From an uncultured Gammaproteobacteria bacterium (GTDB lineage: Bacteria; Pseudomonadota; Gammaproteobacteria; Arenicellales; JAANXG01): DNA of 64,000 nt. Location: the NCBI GenBank assembly GCA_947258975.1, contig CAMYKK010000010.1:8006-72005 (forward strand). Direction: 5' to 3'. The notes beneath the pieces were generated by a model. The model was given only the letters and a program-made list of their open reading frames with translations, was not told where the DNA came from and ran no database searches. Of the stretch, positions 36,646 through 44,031 are shown piece by piece (position 1 is the stretch's first letter; each line of letters starts with the position of its first letter). Both the position numbers and the translations under genes were made by a program.

Positions 36646-38076
36646 ATGATTATATCCATCGGTAAATATCGTTCCCTCGTCGTGACTATCTCGGTCCTGA
36701 TCACCGGCTGCGCCACAGTACCCGAAGACGCCGGGTTCAGTGACGTGCAAGAACAGGTGAATCAACGTGGCGGCTACCAGGTGCGCTGGCATACCGGTGG
36801 CGCCGAAGACCAGGCGGTCGAACAGCGTGTAAACGCAATGCTACGGGAGGGGATCAACGCGGAAAAGGCAGTGCATATTGCGTTGCTAAATAACCCGCGC
36901 CTGCAGGCAACCTACGAAGACTTGGGGGTGGCACAGGCGAATCTGGTGCAAGCCGGATTGCTCAGCAACCCGCTGTTCCACGGTCAAGTGACTTTTTCCC
37001 GCGAAGAGGACATCACCAATTTTGATGTCGGGGTGTCGCTGAGTTTCTTACGCGTATTCACGATCCCGCTGCGCAAAAAACTTGCCGGCGCCGAGTTCGA
37101 GGGCGCCAAACTGGGCGTCACCGCCGCGGTGTTGGACCTGGCCGGCGAGGTCCGCGAAGCGTTCTACAGGGCCCAGGCGGCGGCGCAGACCCAAGACATG
37201 ATGGAGCAAGTTGTAGAATCCACGGCCGCCGCGCTGTATGCGGCACAACGCCTGCATGACGCGGGAAACATCACCGATTTGCGGCTTGCGAATCAGCAGG
37301 CGCTGCATCAGGAGGCGCGGCTACTGCTGGTTAGCGCGGAGATGACACTCAATCAAACCCGAGAGCGCCTCAATGTCCTGATGGGCTTTTGGGGTCAGGA
37401 CACCCAGTGGCAGATGGCGGGCAACCTGTCCGCGCTACCCGAACAGGCGATCGATACGCAACACATCGAGAACCGTGCCATCGAGCGCAGCTTGGATTTG
37501 CAGATCGCCCGGCAAAAGCTCGCGGCGATAGCAACAAGACTCGGCTTGGACACGAACATGCGTTTGGTGCCCGAACTGGATCTCGGTTACGTCCTGGAGC
37601 GTGACGACGGCGAATATGAAGACGGCATCAGCCTCGGCATGCAAATACCGATATTCGATGTGGGGCAAGCTCGCTTGGCGGCCGGTCGCGCCGAGTTTCG
37701 CCGCGCGCAGCAACAGTATCTCGCCAAGGCGATTGAGGTTCGTTCCGCGGCGCGCATGGCCCGAGAGTCGGTAAAAATCGCACGCGCGCAAACGCAACAC
37801 CTGGAACAAGTACTGTTGCCGTTGAGTCAACGTATCGTGAACGGCACCTTGCTCGAATACAACGCCATGCAGGTGGGCGTATTTCGATTGCTGCAGGTGC
37901 AGGAACGGCAAGTGGAGCTGGGCCGGCGCTATATCGATAAGCTGCGCGATTATTGGATCGCGCGCAATCAACTCGACCAAATCCTACATGGCAGAATGAA
38001 CCGGGGTGATTCCAGTTGGTCCACCGCCGCATCTGCCGCGTCGCTAAGTGCCGCTACGGGCACAGGAGGACACTAA
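36646..38076 (+). CDS. TolC/CusC-type outer-membrane efflux lipoprotein (OMF family)
   Basis: 476 aa with lipobox LITGC and two OEP-repeat halves. A GGGGAGGA RBS is present. Confidence 0.8.
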   Translation: MIISIGKYRSLVVTISVLITGCATVPEDAGFSDVQEQVNQRGGYQVRWHTGGAEDQAVEQRVNAMLREGINAEKAVHIALLNNPRLQATYEDLGVAQANLVQAGLLSNPLFHGQVTFSREEDITNFDVGVSLSFLRVFTIPLRKKLAGAEFEGAKLGVTAAVLDLAGEVREAFYRAQAAAQTQDMMEQVVESTAAALYAAQRLHDAGNITDLRLANQQALHQEARLLLVSAEMTLNQTRERLNVLMGFWGQDTQWQMAGNLSALPEQAIDTQHIENRAIERSLDLQIARQKLAAIATRLGLDTNMRLVPELDLGYVLERDDGEYEDGISLGMQIPIFDVGQARLAAGRAEFRRAQQQYLAKAIEVRSAARMARESVKIARAQTQHLEQVLLPLSQRIVNGTLLEYNAMQVGVFRLLQVQERQVELGRRYIDKLRDYWIARNQLDQILHGRMNRGDSSWSTAASAASLSAATGTGGH

Positions 38077-38078
38077 AC

Positions 38079-39407
38079 ATGAAGTATTCGCGACGTCATT
38101 TCCTCATGGCCGCAGCCGCTGGCGGCGCGGCGTCGGTTCAATTTGCAAACCCCGCACACGCCGGCGAATTACGTTCCCGCTGGGAGAAATCCTACAGTGG
38201 TGGCCCGATGAACGTCGAGCCGCTGCCTCCCGGCCAACCGGGAAAGGACTACCGCCCGGTGGTGGTGCCGAACGGCGCAGCGCTGCCGTTCAAGATTGTG
38301 GACGGGATCAAAGTCTTCCATCTCGTCGCCGAAGAGTTCGAACATGAGTTTGCACCCGGACTGAAGGCAACGGTGTGGGGCTACAACGGCCGCCAGAGCG
38401 GCACGGTGATCGAGGCGGTGGAAGGCGAACGCATACGCATCTACGTCACCAATAAGCTGTCGGTGCCCACCAGCGTCCATTGGCATGGCATCTTTCTGCC
38501 CAATGGGATGGACGGCGTCAGCGGCGTGACCCAGCGTCCGATTCCGCCCGGCGAGACGTACAAGTACGAGTGGACCATTCGTCAAGCCGGGACCTTCATG
38601 TACCACTCGCACTACGACACCATGACCCAGGAGGGCATGGGACTGACGGGGTCGCTCATCATACATCCACGGAATCCCACCGACGACGACATCGTCGATC
38701 GCGACTTCACATTAATGCTCAACGAGTTCCGCGTCGAACCGGGCACCTCGCGGCCGGACCCGAACGAGATGACGGACTTCAATGTCCTCACCATTAACGG
38801 CAAATCCTTCCCGAGCACGGAGCCCCTGGTGGCGAAACTGAACGAACGGGTCCGCATTCGCATAGGCAACCTGTCGGCGATGGACCACCATCCAATCCAT
38901 CTGCATGGCTACCGGTTCAAGATCACCGCTACCGACGGTGAGCGGATTCCGCTAGCGGGCCAGTGGCCCGAGACCACCGCGTTGGTCGCCACGGGGCAGA
39001 CCCGGGATATCGAATTGATCGCCGATGCCCCGGGAGACTGGATCATGCACTGCCACATGACCCATCACATCATGACCCAGATGGGCCACGGCTTACCGAA
39101 TATGGTCGGCATGGAACCCGGCGAGCTGGACAGCAAGGTGCGCTCCCTGCTGCCGGGTTATATGACCATGGGCCAGGGCGGCATGGGCGATATGGCCTAT
39201 ATGCGGATGCCGATGCCGAAAAACAGCGCCCCGATGGCGCCGGTGAAACTTCAGTTCAGCAAGTCGACGGTCGGCGGCATGTTCACGGTGTTGAAGGTGC
39301 GTGAAAACCTCACCAGCTATGACGATCCCGGCTGGTATTCGAATCCGGAAGGGACCGTCGCCGATCGCGCGTCGTCAGAAGAGCTGCGTCGCGACGGCAT
39401 TGTTTAA
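38079..39407 (+). CDS. Tat-exported multicopper oxidase with a Met-rich segment
   Basis: Tat signal SRRHFLMAAAAGG. Copper motifs HWHG, HSH, HPIHLHG and HCHMTHH. Met-rich MTQMGHGLPNMVGM...GGMGDMAYMRMPMP. Starts 3 nt after the OMF stop. Confidence 0.9.
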   Translation: MKYSRRHFLMAAAAGGAASVQFANPAHAGELRSRWEKSYSGGPMNVEPLPPGQPGKDYRPVVVPNGAALPFKIVDGIKVFHLVAEEFEHEFAPGLKATVWGYNGRQSGTVIEAVEGERIRIYVTNKLSVPTSVHWHGIFLPNGMDGVSGVTQRPIPPGETYKYEWTIRQAGTFMYHSHYDTMTQEGMGLTGSLIIHPRNPTDDDIVDRDFTLMLNEFRVEPGTSRPDPNEMTDFNVLTINGKSFPSTEPLVAKLNERVRIRIGNLSAMDHHPIHLHGYRFKITATDGERIPLAGQWPETTALVATGQTRDIELIADAPGDWIMHCHMTHHIMTQMGHGLPNMVGMEPGELDSKVRSLLPGYMTMGQGGMGDMAYMRMPMPKNSAPMAPVKLQFSKSTVGGMFTVLKVRENLTSYDDPGWYSNPEGTVADRASSEELRRDGIV

Positions 39408-39455
39408 CACTTGGCGATGATTGGATCATTCTAATATGAAAAGAGGAACAAGGTT

Positions 39456-39749
39456 ATGAACACACATCGATTGATCCATGGCAGGTCCACGGATTCCCGT
39501 GCCCGCCATGTACTGACAACGATTGTGATACCAGCACTGATTTGGGCTGCCGTCGGTTTCGCCACCGCACTTGCCGGCGGCAAGCTTCCTGCCGGCCACC
39601 ATCACGAAGAAGCCAACTGGACGGCGCCCGCGGAAGCTATCACCATGACGACAAGCATATGCACGACACCCAGCATGGTCACAAATAAATGCCGTACCCA
39701 AACGGCCGAACGGCGACGATACAGGCGACACCAGGAGGGGACGCGATGA
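39456..39749 (+). CDS. Small single-TM protein with a GHHHEE motif; the 3' end is ambiguous (a His-rich tail is encoded in another frame)
   Basis: AAGAGGAA RBS and TM segment HVLTTIVIPALIWAAVGFATALAGG. The frame-1 stop overlaps the rhodanese ATG (ATGA). An alternative frame at 39638-39688 reads YHHDDKHMHDTQHGHK followed by a stop. Confidence 0.45.
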   Translation: MNTHRLIHGRSTDSRARHVLTTIVIPALIWAAVGFATALAGGKLPAGHHHEEANWTAPAEAITMTTSICTTPSMVTNKCRTQTAERRRYRRHQEGTR

Positions 39750-40669
39750 TGTTTAGAGGTATTACCGTACACAGTAACATTCTATTACGTGTGCTTGCGT
39801 TGCTGGGCATGGTCCTTGTGTGGCAAACGTCTGCCGCCGAGCCCGTTTTCGTGAATACGGACTGGGTCAGCAAGCACATCGATGATTCTTCGGTGGTGCT
39901 GGTTGATATGGCGGCAGACGGAACCCAATACCAGAGATTTCATCTCCCCGGCGCGGTTTACCTCCCCTATCGAGCTATCGTGCAGCGGCGCCGGGACGGC
40001 GTGATGATCAGAGTGGACGACGAACGCTTATTCAAGATCCTCGGTGCGCTGGGTATCAACGCGGAGTCCCACGTTGTGATCTACGATGATATCGGTGGCT
40101 TGCAGGCGGGCCGCCTGTTCTGGGAATTGGAGCGTATCGGGCACGCAAAGGTGTCGGTCCTGGATGGCGGTCTGGTGCGGTGGATTCTCGACAGCCGGAA
40201 GGTATTGGCAACACCGGTACAACCGGAACCAGTAACCTATAGCCCCAAGCTCGGTGGTGGTACGCGGCAAAACGAAGCTTCTCTTGAGGCGGTAAAGTCG
40301 GCGGGCGGGGAAGCGGCTGCGGTGCTCCTCGACGTGCGGACCAGGGAGGAATATCGAGGTGAACCCGGGAGTAAACGACGCACTGGCCATATCCCCGGCG
40401 CTAAGTGGTGGCCGTGGGACGGGGCGGTGGCATTCGACAACGGATTTCGCCTGAAAACTGTCGATCAGTTGCAGAAAAGCCTTGCCAGTGTCGGCGTCGA
40501 CAACAAAGACCAGCCGATCATCACCTATTGCCAGACCGGCCATCGTGCGTCGCAGGCTTATCTCACGCTACGCAGCCTCGGTTACGAAGATGTTCGTGTG
40601 TTCGATGGATCGATGGCCGAGTATGTGCGCGACCGACGTGCGCCGCTGCAGCTTGGTGCACAATCTTGA
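39746..40669 (+). CDS. Periplasmic two-domain rhodanese (thiosulfate/3-mercaptopyruvate sulfurtransferase family)
   Basis: GGAGG RBS 7 nt upstream, signal peptide LLRVLALLGMVLVWQTSAA, and active-site loop YCQTGHRAS. Confidence 0.85.
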   Translation: MMFRGITVHSNILLRVLALLGMVLVWQTSAAEPVFVNTDWVSKHIDDSSVVLVDMAADGTQYQRFHLPGAVYLPYRAIVQRRRDGVMIRVDDERLFKILGALGINAESHVVIYDDIGGLQAGRLFWELERIGHAKVSVLDGGLVRWILDSRKVLATPVQPEPVTYSPKLGGGTRQNEASLEAVKSAGGEAAAVLLDVRTREEYRGEPGSKRRTGHIPGAKWWPWDGAVAFDNGFRLKTVDQLQKSLASVGVDNKDQPIITYCQTGHRASQAYLTLRSLGYEDVRVFDGSMAEYVRDRRAPLQLGAQS

Positions 40670-40695
40670 CCAGCAATCTCACCGGAGGCAGCCTC

Positions 40696-41154
40696 ATGAT
40701 CACGAATTATTCTGACTCTGTAATGCAAACAACAAAGCAAATCTTTGTTCTCGGCATCGCTGTACTGTTTGCCATATTTGCCGGACACACCGCGGCAGAA
40801 ACCGGAAAATCGCCCGATCCCGAAGCGGCAAAACGTGGACAAAAGCTCTATGAGCAGTATTGCGAATCTTGTCATGGTAAGAACGGCGTCGGTGAACCTC
40901 CCATACCCGCGAGTCTGAGACTTCCGGGCTACTTCGGCGCCCCGGCGCTGGACGACTCACAACATGCCTGGCACCACAGCGACCAAAACCTGGCTCGGGT
41001 TATCTTGGAAGGATCGCGGCGCACGCAGCGCATGCCGGGATGGAAGGGCGTGCTGAGCACGCAAGACGCTGTCGACATCGTTGCATACATGAAAAGCCTT
41101 TGGAGTGCGCGCGCATTGGAATGCCAAGGTCCGAAACACATGTCGTGCATGTGA
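40696..41154 (+). CDS. Class I c-type cytochrome with a Cys/His/Met C-terminal tail
   Basis: GGAGG RBS, signal/anchor, heme motif CESCHG, Met ligand context RMPGWKG, and tail ECQGPKHMSCM. Confidence 0.8.
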   Translation: MITNYSDSVMQTTKQIFVLGIAVLFAIFAGHTAAETGKSPDPEAAKRGQKLYEQYCESCHGKNGVGEPPIPASLRLPGYFGAPALDDSQHAWHHSDQNLARVILEGSRRTQRMPGWKGVLSTQDAVDIVAYMKSLWSARALECQGPKHMSCM

Positions 41155-41332
41155 ACTTTTATATTTGCCTGGCAATCCAGTGAACGATCTGCTCGGAACC
41201 GGTGATGCATGAGGCTTGATCCTATCCTGTTGAGATTGGCGCTGTATTGTGCGCACATACACACGATATGTAGTAGACGGGACCTAAGCACGTGAAATCA
41301 TTTCATTCATATTTCTGTTTATCTCTTACAAA

Positions 41333-41923
41333 ATGACACAACTGACTATATTCCCGCTTTCAAAGCTTACCTTTTCATGGAAGATGTTGTTAACGGGTTA
41401 CGTTCTGGTACTTGTAAGCGGTTACCTCGCTGCTGTAATGAATGCGATACTGGCGGTGGGCATTGAACCCGCGGTTATCGCCGATCACTACGGTGATAAA
41501 AGCCTAACATCCAGCGAACAGGCCACCCTTGAGTCGCAAGGATTTGTGGAAGAAGAAGTTTCTCTTGATGAACCTGAGAAAGATGAACCAGGCCATGAAA
41601 TGCATGCGATGGATGATGACTCCATCACGCCACAGGCCATGGCCCAAATCTCTCATGTACATCTGTTTGGATTCGCACTCATTCTCATCTCTATCGGTGG
41701 GCTCACCTGCCTGACCGCATTACCAGAGGCAGCAAAAACTATCCTGGTAAGCTTACTGTTCATTAGTTTTCTGAGTGACATTGGCAGCCTTAACCTGACA
41801 CGATTTGTATCTGATGGGTTTGCCTGGCTGACGATGTTGTCCGGCGTTTTAATTGGCATATGTCTGGCCGTTATGACTATCTCTGTGCTATGGGACCTAT
41901 GGCTTAAGCCAACTAAAGACTAA
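41333..41923 (+). CDS. Membrane protein of unknown function (low-GC gene) with an acidic/His loop
   Basis: 196 aa with about 4 TM helices, loop DEPEKDEPGHEMHAMDDD, and ISHVHLFGF. The local base composition is markedly AT-rich. Confidence 0.55.
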   Translation: MTQLTIFPLSKLTFSWKMLLTGYVLVLVSGYLAAVMNAILAVGIEPAVIADHYGDKSLTSSEQATLESQGFVEEEVSLDEPEKDEPGHEMHAMDDDSITPQAMAQISHVHLFGFALILISIGGLTCLTALPEAAKTILVSLLFISFLSDIGSLNLTRFVSDGFAWLTMLSGVLIGICLAVMTISVLWDLWLKPTKD

Positions 41924-41966
41924 GGGTGCTTATCTTGCTCATTCACTGGTTTACCCAAAGATTGTC

Positions 41967-42557
41967 ATGAACAAGAAAATTTATATATTCCCCATTGTTT
42001 TACTTAGCTTGCTGTTTTTTCATTCCAGTCTGACCTTGGCGCATAAAGACCATGCAGGTGCACCAGTAAAGTTTATCTCTACAAAGGAAGCCTTGCGCGC
42101 AATGCTCCCCAAAGACACGAACATCGTAAAACGCAAAGAAGAACTTTCACCGGAGTCCAGACGATGGGCCAAGGAAAAATATGCAATAGAGATCAAGGAG
42201 AAACTCTACACATATTACCTGGCGCGCGAGAAAGGCAGTCAACGCCCTATAGCTGCCGCAATGATCACTAGTGCGCCCTATCGGCATGGCGATGTTGTTA
42301 TAGGTGCTGGCGCTTCTATGGATGGAGAGATCACCGCCAGTGCGGTTTTAAGCGTCAATGAAAAATACGTGGCAGAATTTAAAAACAAAGTTGGCACGGG
42401 CATTGTCAATCACAAATTAACCATTACGGAAATAAATAAATTGCTTGATAATAATTCATGCGAGGACCAAGCCTACTGTGTATATTTGAAGGAAGTAAGG
42501 ACTATTACAATTGCTCTCCAATCATTGTTACGGATAGGGATCATAAAGCCGCTGTAG
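41967..42557 (+). CDS. Secreted protein of unknown function (low-GC gene), weak FMN_bind-like pattern
   Basis: Signal peptide IFPIVLLSLLFFHSSLTLA. The segment VVIGAGASMDGEITASAVLSVNEKY loosely resembles FMN_bind domains, but no phospho-Thr motif was seen. Confidence 0.45.
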   Translation: MNKKIYIFPIVLLSLLFFHSSLTLAHKDHAGAPVKFISTKEALRAMLPKDTNIVKRKEELSPESRRWAKEKYAIEIKEKLYTYYLAREKGSQRPIAAAMITSAPYRHGDVVIGAGASMDGEITASAVLSVNEKYVAEFKNKVGTGIVNHKLTITEINKLLDNNSCEDQAYCVYLKEVRTITIALQSLLRIGIIKPL

Positions 42558-42669
42558 CGTAACGGACACAGCTTATAGAGGCGAGAACATGTTGCAACAT
42601 ACAGGCTAAACCAGACGGCGATCAATAAAGCGCATTCGTCTGCCACCGCTTTTGTTAACATCATGGGCC

Positions 42670-43353
42670 ATGTTTGAGGCTAACAGATCCATCTTATGGT
42701 TGACCCTGTTTGCGGTCGCCATGGCGAATGTCGAAGCGGTCTTGGTTGTTCATTTACGGAGTCTCTATTACCCCGATAATCCACTCGCCATCTTTCCGCT
42801 CAATCTCATGTCACACCGTGACCTTCTCATCGAGTTGGGGCGCGAGGCGGCGACAATCATGATGATTCTCGCGGTCGCTCTACTGGCGGCAAGGCGTGTC
42901 ATTTCCGTATTTGCGGCATTTGTCTACATGTTTGGACTATGGGATATCTTCTACTACGTGTGGCTCAAGCTGTTGATCGGATGGCCATCCAGTTGGTTGG
43001 AATGGGACGTATTGTTTCTCATTCCCTGGCCCTGGTTTGGTCCGTGGCTGACCCCCGTGTTGATAGCGTTGCTGTTCGTGATCTGGGGTGGTTGGACATT
43101 GTTGATGACCCAACGCGGACGAGACGTACGGTTTACGCCAACAACCTGCGCGTTGTTTATTATGGGGACTGCCTTGGCACTGGCCGCGTTTCTGTTACCG
43201 GCGGTTCCACTGTTACCCGGGGGAGAGGAAGCATTTCGCGGATACCGGCCCGACGGGTTTTCCTGGGGTCTTTACACCGCGGGTTATATACTCATGGCCG
43301 CGAGCCTGTGGATCATCGCCAGAAGTACGGACACGGCGCATCGCCCTAGTTAA
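42670..43353 (+). CDS. Polytopic membrane protein of unknown function
   Basis: About 6 TM helices, Trp-rich (WPSSWLEWDVLFLIPWPWFGPW). The frame is open from a TTG at 42652. Confidence 0.55.
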   Translation: MFEANRSILWLTLFAVAMANVEAVLVVHLRSLYYPDNPLAIFPLNLMSHRDLLIELGREAATIMMILAVALLAARRVISVFAAFVYMFGLWDIFYYVWLKLLIGWPSSWLEWDVLFLIPWPWFGPWLTPVLIALLFVIWGGWTLLMTQRGRDVRFTPTTCALFIMGTALALAAFLLPAVPLLPGGEEAFRGYRPDGFSWGLYTAGYILMAASLWIIARSTDTAHRPS

Positions 43354-43364
43354 CCATTTGCGGC

Positions 43365-43610
43365 GTGAGTTTAAATAATGTGAATACGATTCAACTTACG
43401 TCCGAAATCACCTGCCCGGAGTGCGGTCACCGCACGGCCGAGATCATGACCTCCGACGCCTGTCAGTATTATTACGAGTGTGGCGGCTGTGGGACGCTGC
43501 TGAAACCCAAGCCGGGTGACTGTTGCGTGTTTTGCTCCTACGGCACCGTGCCCTGCCCGCCAGTTCAAGAGGCCCGCATATCGCACCAAGGCGGTGTAAA
43601 GAAGAGCTAA
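43365..43610 (+). CDS. GDCCVxC-motif small Cys-rich (zinc-ribbon-like) protein
   Basis: CPECGH...CGGCG...PGDCCVFCSYGTVPCPP. From memory, this matches the motif that names the GDCCVxC-domain (seleno)protein family. Confidence 0.65.
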   Translation: MSLNNVNTIQLTSEITCPECGHRTAEIMTSDACQYYYECGGCGTLLKPKPGDCCVFCSYGTVPCPPVQEARISHQGGVKKS

Positions 43611-43672
43611 CAACCTAGTTGGAAAAACGGGTTCGAAGCGCAACCAGCATGACACCCTGTGTGCGAGTCGGA

Positions 43673-43960
43673 CTACCTGCTTACTGCCAAAGCGCGCAAC
43701 GTCTCACCGGTCTGTTCGTACGTGACCTGAATGACGCCACTCGCTCCGCCCAGGCTTTCTAGAATTCCGTCGTCGGCAACAAAAGAAACCGGACTGCCGG
43801 ATTGCGCGTCCAGGATCGTAAACGACTTGTTGTCCTGATCTACCGCCATCAGCCCACCGACGTGGGTTGTCGAACCGGGCGCCCCGCAAGCGAGGGCGAG
43901 GGCGGGTATGGACAATGCCGCGGTCAGCATCATCGCAGCGAATGAGTTCATCTTGTTCAT
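43673..43960 (-). CDS. Small secreted protein downstream of copA
   Basis: Starts MNKMNSFAAMMLTAALSIPALALA, followed by CGAPGSTTHVGGLM. The track ORF extends to 44035, but that part overlaps the copA end. Confidence 0.5.
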   Translation of the reverse strand: MNKMNSFAAMMLTAALSIPALALACGAPGSTTHVGGLMAVDQDNKSFTILDAQSGSPVSFVADDGILESLGGASGVIQVTYEQTGETLRALAVSR

Positions 43961-44031
43961 GGTAATTACTTCCACCAGATGTTCGTCTATGTGAGCCGCT
44001 TCCGGCGCGTTGGATAACTGCTTTGGAGTGT

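Noticed and set aside
38016-38078. Upstream extensions of several ORFs (38016 for the MCO, 39689 for the rhodanese, 40405 for the cytochrome c, 47122 for the CDF, 21849 for DUF1223)
   Set aside because: The extensions overlap upstream genes or promoters and lack RBS sites. Internal ATGs with GGAGG-type RBS sites and signal peptides fit better.
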